NCBI GenBank assembly: GCA_028534125.1
Contig: CM052818.1
Location: 47,184,001-47,248,000 of the forward strand
Length of the DNA stretch: 64,000 bases
Source: Lama glama
Taxonomy: Eukaryota
Reading direction: 5' to 3'
Position numbers and translations under genes: made by a program. Below are positions 12,202-23,702 of this stretch, piece after piece. The notes beneath the pieces were generated by a model that was given only the letters and a program-made list of their open reading frames with translations, ran no database searches and was not told where the DNA came from. Numbering within the stretch: position 1 is the stretch's first letter; each line of letters begins with the position of its first letter.

Positions 12202-12779
12202 TTGTAATGGAGAAAACAGAATCCAAACAAATGGGATTGAAAAAAAAAAGAGTCCTCATCAGCAAGAGTGGAAGTTTGAAACATCAGAAGTAACTGTGGT
12301 GGGATGCTGGGAGTATTTTAAATGGGGGAACAACATTATTAACTTTGATTTAGGAGGAGGTAACTTGGCATAAAACAAAATAGAAATAGGCAGTCAGATC
12401 AAAGTCTCTTTTATTTTAGCTACACTTGCAGTGTATATTAGAACTTACAAAATTATAGAGTTCTCTCAAATGAGGCTTGGAAACTCTTTTATAACTGTTT
12501 TATTAAAGAAACTAGGAACTTTCCTTAATAAAATAGGCAGCTACTGGGCCTGAATTTGATTTGTATGTTAAAAAAAAAAGAAGTTGTCCCTTAGCTTCTT
12601 GTTTCCAAGGGGATTTTTTTCCCCCAGAAATACCGCGCTTACTGGATGGCGCATCGCTAATTTTGGAGACCATATGTTCTAGGTATTCTGGGAAGGATCT
12701 GGGTTTCAAACCCTGTGTCCATTGTTCTCAGAAGCACAACCTGCTTGAGAACCCCAGGGGTGATACCTATCTCTGAGCA

Positions 12780-12970
12780 AATACTTTCTACATCCCAGGG
12801 ACTTGTGTGCAGTGAATCATTTAATTTGCATGGTGATTCTTGAAGTTGGCATCACGTGATTACATTCTTACCTATTTGGAAACTAAGATTTGGAAAGGTT
12901 AAGTAGCTTGCTCGATATCTCCCAGCTGGACATGGCAGAGTTCTTTGGGTCCAAAGGCTGATGTTTTAAC
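12780..12970 (-). mobile_element. MIR remnant
   Basis: ggaaactaagatttggaaaggttaagtagcttgctc matches the reverse MIR core. Confidence 0.7.
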
Positions 12971-13025
12971 CAAAATAAGAGACTGGTGATGCTCTTTGCC
13001 TTTGTTGTCCAATCTCGTGTGTTCC

Positions 13026-13530
13026 TGTTGTCAGCGGAGTTCCAGGATGACCCCAGGACCCTTTCACGTCCATCCAGTGCCCTCCCCTTGACGGCTGGCA
13101 GAACCCGGGAGGATGGTAGGGTCTCCCTCCTGGGATTAGATTCCTAATCAGGGGACTTTGAGTTCATCAAAATGGAGGTGGGCCTGCCTTGATCAGGTTA
13201 TCCCTCTGCAGTCCTTAAAATGGTCCTTCCTGAAGTCAGAGAGGTAAGTCTGGGAGGCCCTATAGATGGGGTCACCTGGCTGGGACGTGACTCAGCTTCT
13301 GGGAGCTTTGTTCCCCAAGCTGACAGCTGGTGAGCAAGAAAAGTGTTCCCTCCTTAGCCTTCATGTAAGGATAAATCCAGTGACCCCTTGGTGTCAGTGC
13401 TGGGACCCCCTGAGCAAGGGTCCAGCTAAAACGTGCCAGACTCCCGAGGAGGCTGTGAGAGGGTGATTCTCGTGCCGCTTTAAGGCACAAGTCTGTGGAA
13501 GTCTGTTCTGCACAACAGAAAGCAAGTACA
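13026..13530 (+). mobile_element. MaLR solo LTR (MLT1E-like)
   Basis: cctaatcaggggactttgagttcatcaaaatggag..gtgggcctgccttgatcaggt, and 3' end tttaaggcacaagtctgtgg..aacagaaagcaagtaca. Confidence 0.7.
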
Positions 13531-13579
13531 CTTTTCTTCTTCCTACATCATCTCTTGTCTTTCCTCCCACCCAGATTTA

Positions 13580-14415
13580 CGGGGCATTTGTTACGTAGCA
13601 GAATGTGTGTCAAGAATTGTAGCTACGGAGGTCAGCAAAATCAGATGAGGCCCCGTCCCCGTAAAGCTTATGATACGGTGAAGGAGACAGATGTTAATCG
13701 AATAACAACACGATACTGAGATAACCGCCCGCCCCGGAGGCACCGTGACATTGACCGCAGCCGGCCACCCCGCCGGGGAGCACGGGAAAGCTCCGGCGGC
13801 AGCAGCAGTTAGACAGGAGCTGAAGTGTGAGCCGTTACACCGCGGCCAGGGTGCAGGGAACGGCACGGCAGGCGGAGGGAACGGCAGGACAAGCCCCCTC
13901 CGCAGGGGGAACCGTGCATGTGGGGCGGAGCGAGGGTCCGAGGCTGCGCGTGGAGATGCAGCCGGAGGCGGGGGCTCGCGGGCTGGAGCCTCCAAGCCCG
14001 ACGTGCTGAGGGGGGGGGGGGTCTCCTTTGTCAGAACAGCAGGAAGTGGAGGGACTGTGGAAGCGAGGAGGGCAGAACGGGGGAAAGCACTGAGGACAGC
14101 CTGCAGGAGGAAGCCGGGGGTCTGACCAGAGCCATGGCGGGGTGGGGCACGGGCAGGCGGCGGGAGGGGGCCCGACGTGGGGGGCGGGCTGGAGGGGACG
14201 GCGAGCCCCCCGGGGCTCCCATGTTTCCGGGTCCCGGAGGCCGCGCAGCGGAGGACGGTCCGGGTCAAGGTCGGCTGGCCGCTCCTGAGGCCCGTCCAGG
14301 AGGAGCTCACTCCCGCCTTGGAGCCTTTCGGTCCGCAGCTAAGAGGTGGCACAATGCATGAGAGCGAGCGCGGCCTGACGGTGAGAAGACAGAGGGAAAG
14401 AGGCCCCGGGAACCG
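13580..14415 (-). mobile_element. L2 LINE remnant, strongly GC/CpG-enriched
   Basis: Collinear reverse-L2 landmarks: gccccgtccccgtaaagcttatgatacggtgaaggagacaga, caggcggagggaacggcaggacaagccc and gtccaggaggagct..gtgagaagacagaggg. Confidence 0.65.
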
Positions 14416-14420
14416 AGACA
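13725..14420. promoter_or_regulatory. CpG island (orphan)
   Basis: Hand count of about 60 CpG in 13741-14420 and visibly about 70% GC, with a sharp drop to AT-rich DNA at about 14470. Confidence 0.8.
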
Positions 14421-14959
14421 TCTGCAGAGCGTCTATTTCCTTCCCACCTGTTCGGGTGACTCACACATTCTCTTTCAAAAATTAAGAAAAAGTGGGAAAC
14501 ATGCACCGCATTCCTTTAACTATCGAAATAATGGAAAATTTAAATAATGACAAATAATATGTCATATTATAACACATAAATAACTGACTTTCAGAGGCTC
14601 TCAGGTGATATAATGGTTGAGGCTCTACTGCAATAACCCAGAGACCATATAAATACCAGATACATTTCTGCCTACTTAAGTTCAGTTCCCGATTTAGCCA
14701 GCCGTGATCGGAGGATCTACAGCCATCCTGAATCTGCTAGATATGTTTGTTTGGTTTTGTTTTCAGCTGGAATTTTATGTTTGTGAATTTTTCATTCAAA
14801 CAAATCTGGAAAAAATATTGATTAGTTATGGACTCACTGAGTTATATGAGAGAGTTGAAGTTTTAGAAACTAGATTGAATGCTATTTGCAGCCCAAGGGT
14901 GGCGTGGTCAGTGTCACTGACTGCCCCATTTCACTCTAATCTTTTTCCCCGGGATATGT

Positions 14960-15120
14960 TACAACTGGAGTCAGGCAGGAAGGGTTTAAATCCCGGCTCT
15001 GTCACAGACCAGTTCTACGACTCCAGAGAAATTGTCTAGGATATAAAATACCTCTTAGGGCTGCTGTGAAGGTTACAGGTGATAAAAGAAGCAATGTCTA
15101 GAAAAGAGTAACTGATAAGT
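14960..15120 (+). mobile_element. MIR remnant
   Basis: ctggagtcaggc..gggtttaaatcccggctctgtcac..tacctcttagggctgctgtgaaggtta. Confidence 0.7.
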
Positions 15121-17399
15121 GGAAATTTTCTTCCCTTGTGTCTCTTAATCTTAAGGGAATGATTTAAACCCCAGTTTCAGGTCAGTTTGCCCCAAATAGA
15201 ATCTTATTCTCTCAAGAAGTAAAGTAACAAGAAAGTGAAATTTGCATAATATTACCTAAATGCCTCCTGGGATACTGTGGATTGAGTGGGGGAGCTCATA
15301 AAAAAACTCTAGCATTTCATTCATTTTCAGCTGCTATCTCTGACATATGGAAGACTGCAATTTCACAAGGAAGTGAAGCCTTACCTCCTACCAGGTGCCA
15401 ATATATTTTAAGCAAAGCGATATCACAACTCTGGAATTATTGAAAACCTATGTTCTTTCTCTCCAATTGCTTGAGGCAGACGTAAAAAGTCACCTTTTTG
15501 AAACCAGCATTTGACGTCATTGGGGCTGGCTCTAGGGGAGGTGACACTGTAGTTGTGGGAGACCATGGAAAGCATTCGGGCTGAGCAGATCTGCAGGGCA
15601 GGTCTATCTTTAGAATTCCATTATGCAGGACTATTCGGATGCTCTAACAAAATTGGAAAACTCTCATCTCTCAAAGTACATTGGTAGTTCATTGCCCTGC
15701 AGTTAAAGACTTTATAAAAGCTTGCTTTCTCTCTTTTCCTCAACAATCAATCTGTCTACAGGTTAAAAATCAGAAGGCGAATCGCATGTGTCCTCTCTAT
15801 GCACCCAGTTCAGCTCATTTTCTGTGTCTAGTTGATTTCAATAGCCTTCAATCCTTCTTGGAGCGATTTCAACCTAGCGAGAAAGTATAAGGATGTATAT
15901 AATCTGCTGGCATAACAGCATCTTGAGAAGTACGCAGAGTGCATGTGCGTGTGTGTGTGCGTGTACGCATGTGTGTGTGTTTACCTCCCCCAGGGAGCAG
16001 CCGTACCCGTGTTTACTCTGTTCCTCTTTTGGTCCTTTGTCATCACTTCTGTAGCCTGGTGTCATCTGGTGGGAATATTTACCCGCTGGATCGGACGTGC
16101 CTGGTGACAGTGAGTGCACATCTGGAGTCTAGACTTGGGGCTCTGTAAGCAGGCGCCCACCCCAGCGCTCCATGGACCCCAGAGCTCCAACGCCTGGCGC
16201 CCCGCTCTGTTGACGCAGGCAGTGGGCTGCCTTTACTCCCTGGACTCCCCTCGCCTCCTCTGTTCCACCGTGCACTAGCTCTGACTGTGTGCTTTGGAGG
16301 ACAGCTGCTGGAGGACCCTTCCCTGCTCCCTTCAGTGACCCACCACCTCCATGCTCAAGACGCTTTGCCCGATAGGGGTGGGAAGGAGGCAACTTCTAAC
16401 TGAAGAAGGGGCACCAGTGAGAAACCTGAGGACTGGGGAGTCTGCCTGTCAGAGTTGCTGGTTTGGGTTGAGCTGGAGAGAAGAGCTTTGATAGATGTAT
16501 TAGGTATGAGAGAGAAAGAATCCGATCTGGTGGAAAGGATGCAGATGTTGGAATATATGATTTGGGTTCAATTCTTGTCCTTAGCCATCCCACCAGATGT
16601 GTGATCTCAAAGGTCTCTGAGGTTCAAATTTATTGTCGGTAAACTTGAGGGAGGAAGGACCACCTCATGAAGCTGCTGGGAGGATTCCGCAGGTCAGTGA
16701 GGGTAGAATTTGTTGAAGTGGGAAATAAGAACTAGTTCCCCTCTTTCCAACGTGTATATCACATATATAGATAAGAAAGTGATTCTTTGACCCAAGGCAA
16801 GAAAAATAACCTTGATAGTGGCTGAAAATATAGGGCGGTTGTTTGTCTGGGGTGGGTTCTGGTGGAGTAGAGGGGGCCGAAATCTTTATGTGAGGTGAGA
16901 AGTTTGGAAGCTGGTTCAACAGCAGTGGCTACTTTTAGACATAAGGTGACAGAGGAAAATGCAACCGCGTTTTTGTGGCTGCAACACTTCCCATGTGGGA
17001 TCTTTTTTTCTCTCGCTTCTTTTTATAAAATGAAACTACTGTGAAGCTCAGAGAATGGGTTGGTGACTTCTATAGAATTCGACTGGAGCCCTTCAGGAGT
17101 TGAGCCTCCCCTGACTGGGCATGCTTGGTATTTGAGAGATGCTTAATGCATGTGCATTGCTTTATTTGTTTATTTTTTTTAAAGCCTTGGGTCATTTTTT
17201 TAGTGTATTCCCTGCACAAAAATGCTATAACAAACTGTAAAAAAGAAGTTATCCTTATAGGTACATAATTAATTACATTTGCAATAAAGTGACACCAAAA
17301 TAACTTTCCTTTAAAAAAAAAAGTAATTTGGGTGTCTACCTAGCAAACAAAAGTCTTTGAGAAATTATAGTTTTTTTTCAGATAATTTCTTTTATTATA

Positions 17400-17512
17400 T
17401 TGAGGCCAGCAAACCACGGCCTGAAGCCCACAAGACAGAAACTGTATATCTTCTGCCAAACCAAAAATATTTACTCGCTGGCTCTTTGCAGAAAACATTT
17501 TGTCCATGCCTG
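17400..17512. mobile_element. hAT-Charlie MITE remnant (MER58A-like)
   Basis: ggccagcaaaccacggcctg and ccaaaaatatttactcgctggctctttgcagaaaacattttgtccatgcctg match MER58 ends. Confidence 0.7.
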
Positions 17513-17632
17513 TAATTATATAAATAAAAAGAACTTTAAAAGCATGGTTTTCTCTTTTAAAATAGGGAATAAATATCTCTGTATATTTTTATCATATTAC
17601 CTGGCATAAAATCCATCCAACACTCTGACTAC

Positions 17633-17982
17633 TGTCTTAGTCAGTGGGACTGTTAGAACGAAATACCATGGACTGGGTGGCTTAAAGAGCAGACATTGAT
17701 TTCTCAAGTTCTGAAGCCTGGAAGTCCACGATCAAGGTGCTGGCAGGTTCAGTTCCTGCTGAGTGCCCTCCCCCTGGCTTGCAGACAGCTGTCTTTTCAC
17801 TGTGTCCTCACATGACAGAGAGAGAGAAGCTCTGATGGCTTCTGATTTTATAAGGGCACTAAACCCATCATGGGGCCCCACCCGCATGGCCTCATCCTAA
17901 ACCTACTTACCCTGACTTTGGATGCCATCTCATTGGGGGGTTAGGGCTTATGAATTCTGGGGGGACACATTCAGCCCATAGC
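17633..17982 (-). mobile_element. MaLR solo LTR (MLT1A0-like)
   Basis: tgtcttagtc..aaataccatggactgggtggcttaaa..ctggaagtccacgatcaaggtgctggcag..ggggacacattcagcccatagc. Confidence 0.9.
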
Positions 17983-18319
17983 TACTGCACAAGAAGTTCC
18001 TTATCATGGTGGAGAAAGTCCTTTCCTCCGTGGTATTAACGGGACATGCGGCCTTATTTCCATGGCACTCAGTCTCTCTGCCTTATGTTCCAGACAGATG
18101 GTCAAGTTCTTATAAGATTCCATGGGGACAGAAATGAAGGAGCAGCTAATTTTGCCTGAGGTCATCAGAGCCATATGCATGGAGTATTTTTGACTTGGGC
18201 TCAATACGATGTTGGAGGAGCCATGGGTGTTGGAGCGGTGTAGGCATGGACCGTTGTAGTGTCTGTGTTGGAGGTAAACCAGGGCGTCACTGGGGCGGGA
18301 ACTTGGGTGTGTGAGGCCA

Positions 18320-18500
18320 GTCTGGAGTCATGGGTTTATTCTACTGCTCACTCCACACCTGTTTTGGGGAAAGGACTGATGTATGTGAGCTTCAACATGC
18401 TCATCTGTGAAATGGGACTACTGACACCACCTGCCTTGGGAGGCTGGGAAGAAGCATCAGAAGAGAGGACTCACAGTGACTCTGCAGTGAGTGCTCGTGA
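18320..18500 (+). mobile_element. MIR remnant
   Basis: gagcttcaacatgctcatctgtgaaatgggactactgacaccacctgcc. Confidence 0.65.
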
Positions 18501-19126
18501 CCGTCACTACAGCTGCCCTCGACACGACCTCGTGGTGCACCGTGTCATCCCCTCCTGCTCCTCCCCACCCCCCACGCCAACATGGCGCCCTCTGCACGTT
18601 CGGCCTGTTGGGAAGGACTCGGCTCAGGAAGGTCTTCTTGCTGCTCAGAATCTCCATGGCAACACTGTGTAGTGTGGTTTCTCTTAAAAAAAAAAATCAT
18701 ACAACCTAAAACATCTAAAATTACAACCAGCAAGTTGTCAACCTGCCATTTCAGTACAAATGTACACTCTGGCCTTCAAGAGACATTTCGAGCCTTGAAC
18801 GGAGACCAACAATCAAAGATTTGTGTTTGGTTTGGGCTTGGGTTTTTACCTATCATTTTCCAGTTTGGTAACTAGTAGCAGGAATCCAGCAGTTGAACCA
18901 GACCTAGCATTTAAGTCTTAGCAACATGAAAACACATGAAAGTGCAACCGCTCAAAGCCCTGACTCCCCCCTTAGCAGGTTTCAGAGTCACTGGCCTGTG
19001 CAATTACGTGTATAAATAGCTTTTAGAAATCAAATGCTTTCGATAGAGGTCCATCAATGCTTCGGTCTCTTCTTTAGACCAGTAGATACAGTATGTTTTA
19101 AGTCTGGGATATTTTAACAGTTATAA

Positions 19127-19201
19127 TGATTTGATTTTTTTGATTTTTTTTTGTTTTTTGATTTGATTTGATTTTCATTTGATTTTTTTTTTGATTTTTT
19201 G
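19127..19201. repeat. Low-complexity TGAT(T)n repeat
   Basis: Irregular TGATTT(T)n units, directly visible. Confidence 0.9.
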
Positions 19202-19384
19202 CTGTTCTTATTGTTTCTTTTTTGTGTAAGTGAAAAATTGAGCCCAGGTAAAGAAAAAGGTACAGGTTAAATTTTCTTTTCATAGTCACCAGCATTTGCC
19301 AATATGTCAGGCAAAGTTTGTATCATGAGGAATTGGGTGTGTCATCAACCAATGCAGAAGCAAGAGCTGGCATTGTTCTGTGGT

Positions 19385-19443
19385 TGTGTGCACATGTGTG
19401 TGCATGCGTGTGTGTGCATGTGTGTGTGCACGTGTGCACATGC
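19385..19443. repeat. Alternating purine-pyrimidine (TG/CA) tract
   Basis: 59 bp of uninterrupted Y-R alternation. Confidence 0.9.
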
Positions 19444-19934
19444 CAGCGGGTCTAAGCGTGATCTACGCTGACGCTGGCAGATGAAATACTTGAATAATAG
19501 GAAGCACTGACTCCACTGAAGGTTTGCTGACTCAAGAGCTGGAGAGAAAGTGGAAATCTTGTCCCTATTGATTGTGACAAGTCCCAGCGTCCCCTGATTA
19601 CAGTCTTGCCTTCGGATGGAGGTCTTGCTGGGTTAGCAGCAGGATCTGATTTTGAGTCATGAGTTGCTCTCCCCAGACGCTGAGTTCCTTCTGGGCCAGA
19701 TGGACAGGCGCCAGATGTCTACGGAGACCTGGCTCACACCACCCTTATCTGTGACAAGCCAGTTTGGCACACGAAGTGGGAATATCTTCATTGTCACCAG
19801 CAGCAGCAGCAGCAGCCGAATGTGTTTTCCTGTGGCGTGCCCAGCCCTGCACTGAGACTTCTTTTTGGAGCCCAAACCAAACCTCTCTTCTCTGGGAGGT
19901 CCTCAGTCCCAGAGAGAGAAGAGCTCAGGGAGTA

Positions 19935-20065
19935 GCACTATTTTATGTAAAGGAACTGAGGCTCAGAGAAGGGCTGTGCCCTGCAAAAGACCAGGCTGCC
20001 ATTGGTAGAGCCAGAAATAGAAACAGCACCTCCCGACCTCTGTCCAGAGCTCTCTCCACCACAAC
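19935..20065 (-). mobile_element. MIR remnant
   Basis: attttatgtaaaggaactgaggctcagagaagg..ggtagagccagaaatagaa. Confidence 0.75.
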
Positions 20066-21514
20066 CTGCTTCCCGATCTTCTAAAGAGACTAGAAGAAGG
20101 TCACATTTTTTGGCTGCCTTTTACACTTCGGGCAGAATTGCACAAGGTGTCCGCCATATGATATACTTTCAAAAATAATCATTCGAATGAATAGAATTAA
20201 GTTCCAATGGTCTAGAAAAACCTATCAAGAGGCAGAGAAATGCCCGTGTTATCCCTCTACGAGAAGAAACGCTGTAGGTCTTGCGCCTGGCATGCACTCA
20301 GTTAATTCGAGCTCACATTATCGTCACTGTCGAGACTGGGCACGTGCGATTCTGTTGCGGTGCTGCCTGCCTCCAGCCGGCGCTGCTGCTGGTGTTAGAA
20401 CAAGAAGATTCTAAATGAGTTTGGTGAAATGATGCAGTCGACATCAGGCCTTAGATTTGCTGCCGAGGGAAGCTTTCATCGAAGGGGCGGTGCCCTGCAC
20501 ATAGCCTGAGAGCTGCCCCTTTGCATTCCACTATGTCACCACCTGCGTGGGGCATGATGGCATCCACTACCAACAAGCCCAGTGCCCACTGCAGACCCCA
20601 CGTTATCAGCATGACTTCCTCCATCACCACTGCCTTTGGTCAGCTGCCCCCAGTCCAGACGATGTGACCAATTTTCAATGTATTCTGATCAGTGAAATCC
20701 AAAAAGCTATAAGCTGATTTAGAACAGTTTTCCAAATCCTGTCCTTGTGTAAAAGAAAGTACAAACAAGAAAAAAAATGAATTTTTAATTACTCCATAGT
20801 TTAAAAATACTTTCATGCCAATCATCTCATTTATTCATAATCTTTGTGGGATGGATTCCTCCCATTTTACAAATTTAAAACCAAGACTCGGAGAGGTTGT
20901 GACGGGCACAGAGGAGGGCCAATGCTTCCAGTGAGTTTGCTGGGTTCTGTTTTCCAGGCTACTGTGTAGTCACGGTGAGCGTGGCTCCTCCTGGTGCAGG
21001 GCCATTTGGAGACTGGGTCTGAGCTGACAGGACCAGTCGTCCCAGCATCTGCTCTCCTGGGCTCCCCCTGTGTGATGCACACAGCTGCCTGCCATTAGTC
21101 ACATCGCGCTACTTTACCCACTCGGATTGTAGCGCGGCGAGGAGATAAAGAAACTGGCAGCTCCGACGGGGAAAGATAAAGGGAAACATATTAGTCACAT
21201 ATATTCAAGTGAGTTAGTGAGTGGGCAGAAACCCAGGTTCTAATCCTACCTCTGTCAGTTTACTGGTTGTGCACAAATGGCTTTTACTTCTAGAGGAGTT
21301 TCCTCATCTGTACATTGAGGAGACGGAAGAATCTCCCAGGTAAGTCAGCTTAGAAAGCTCATCTTTGTAGTCGCTGCAGTAGACACTGCATCTTCCAGCA
21401 TCCTTGTAACCTAAAATTACATCTTGTACTTCTCTGAAAAGTCAAGCTGTAAGAATGGACACTTACAGGAAAGTCCAAGGTGCACAGACAGGCCAGATGC
21501 ACAGTGGTTGCCGC

Positions 21515-21735
21515 ATAGACGCCTGGGTTTCTGCTCAACCACTCCCTAGCTGTGTGACCTTGGACAGGTGGCCTAACCTTTCTGGTGCCTATTTCCAAAT
21601 CCCTAAGTTGGAGATTAACAACTTTTGCGAGTTGTTAAAAGACCTGAGTGGCTGGATGAGTGCAAATGTTTGCAGTGATTTCTAGCTCATGATAAGTTCT
21701 ATCCACATTTTGAGAATTTCTGTTATCACTATTAT
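21515..21735 (+). mobile_element. MIR (MIRb-like) remnant
   Basis: gcctgggtttctgctcaaccactccctagctgtgtgaccttggacaggtggcctaacctttctggtgcctatttcc. Confidence 0.8.
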
Positions 21736-23249
21736 TTTTTCACCCTCTAAGTGGTAGATCCCTGGGCCCAGGGGATCAGTGGTGATTGGACTGAGGTGGT
21801 CCTGGCCGTCTCTCTTCTTCAGCCATGCTCCTGCTGTGGCCTGATTTTGGCCCGTGTGGTGGAAGAGCTCTGCTCTGTGGCTCTGGAGAAATTTCTGCTC
21901 CCTGATAGCAGAGGGAGGTGATGTGAGGGAAGGGCCTTACAGCCCCTGCCCCTCCCCTCTCCAAGGCTGTTCCGCGAGGTTGTAGTGTCAAACGCTAAGG
22001 CAGCTGTGACCTGGAGAGGAGACGTTCCAGCCCCAATGGGATGGAAGAAGAGGAAGCAGACAAGACCGGGGTCCTTGGTAAGTCCGTTGAGCTTCAGAAT
22101 CAACTCTGGTACCAGATGTATCCAGTTTTATTTCCTATGAAATAATCAGATGGCTTTGCAAGTCGCAGTTGGTCAGTTATTTTGTGATGTGCTTCCCAAA
22201 GCATTTCTTAACGTCGTCTCTACATGCAGTAAACTCATCCTTTAACCAGTTCAGACACAGCAAGGAGACGAGGTCCTGGCTGCTGGGTGATACCAGTGTA
22301 GTTGCTGAGAACAAGCAGTGGAGTGAGCTCCGCGCTTCCCGCAACCAGGGGGCAAAGAAGGAAAAAGAAACACCTAATTTTACATGACACGTAACATCAG
22401 AAAGAAGGAGACCACCAATCTGAGTAGATACAATTGCTTTGGCAATAAATCTGAGAAGCCATTTCTCACATTCAGTATCATAGAAGGAACACTGAATATA
22501 GCATAACGGGCTCTTTTTTGATAATTTTAATCAAAGTAAGTGTTTTTTTTTTTTAATGGCTGCTTCTTATAAGCAACCTTTGACTTAGACCAAAGACAAA
22601 ACAAAGCAAGGCCATGATATCAAAGTAAAACTGTTGCTGCTCTCTGTGTGTCTGCCTTTCCCTTTCTCGATTCTGATTTCCTACCCACATTTAACCACCT
22701 TTATCCTCACTTGACTGTGTCCTTTCTATGAAGTTGCTTCACATCCTTTCAGGATCAGAGGAGAAAGAGATTTGGTGGCATAAAAACATTCTAAGCAGAG
22801 TTATATGGGTTCATGTCCACAAATGTAGACAAGAATGTGTATGATTCGTATCTGTGAGTGTAGACAAGACAGTGTTCTAATAAGGGGGCCCAGATTAAGT
22901 GATCATGGCCCTGAACCCTGTGCCCTCACTGCTGACGGTGCGTGTGGACACTGGTCTCTGGCAGCACCTCCAGGACGATGGGACCGTGGGAGGTGCTGGG
23001 GGAACCGTGGGCTGGTGGCCAATGTGAGTCGTACGGCCTGGGGCTCACACACTATCCCCAGAGAACAGCACTGACAGAAATCCATGTTGATTCTGGATGG
23101 CCGGCTGCCCGGGCAGGGACTACCTGGCATGGTTACACTTAATACTTTCTTTTTAAATAATAATCTCAACTTCTAGTTCAGACCAGCGTTTGTTTCTGAT
23201 GGGGCCACAGTCTTCATCCCCTCCGAGGTCAGATTAGCTGTGGTCAAGG

Positions 23250-23702
23250 AGGATGACATAAGCCATGTGCGGCAACATGGATGGACCTGGAGGTCATCAT
23301 ACTAAGTGAAGGAAGCCAGAAAGAGAAAAAAAATACCATATGCGATCACTTGTATGTGGCATCTAAAAAAATGACACAAATGAACTTATTTACAAAACAG
23401 AGACAGACTCACAGACATAGAGAACAAACTTATGGTTACCGGGGGAGAAGGGGTTGGAGGGATAAATTGGGAATTCAGAATTTGCAGATACACACTACTA
23501 CATATAAAACAGATAAACAACAAGTTTCTACTCTAGAGCACAGGGAACTATATTCAATACCTTGCAATGATCTATAATGAAAAAGAATCTGAAAGAGAAT
23601 ATATATATATATTATAACTGAATCACTACGCCGTACAACAGACCTTACCGCATCATTGTAAACCAACTGTACTTCCATAAAAAGAGAAAGAAAGAAAACA
23701 AA
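23250..23702 (+). mobile_element. 5'-truncated LINE-1 3' end (cetartiodactyl-type)
   Basis: MDLEVIILSEGSQKEK matches the L1 ORF2 terminus; 3'UTR and A-rich tail; TSD tggtcaagg at 23241-23249 and 23703-23711. Confidence 0.92.

Noticed and set aside
13591..14421. Longest ORF (276 aa, minus strand) and overlapping + strand ORFs as a gene
   Set aside because: Low-complexity Pro/Ala/Arg/Gly sequence, open in several frames because stops are rare at about 70% GC; lies on an L2 remnant
20179..20190. Short palindromes such as TCATTCGAATGA near 20190 and CATCACA-n6-TGTGATG near 44128
   Set aside because: Expected by chance in 64 kb and without supporting context
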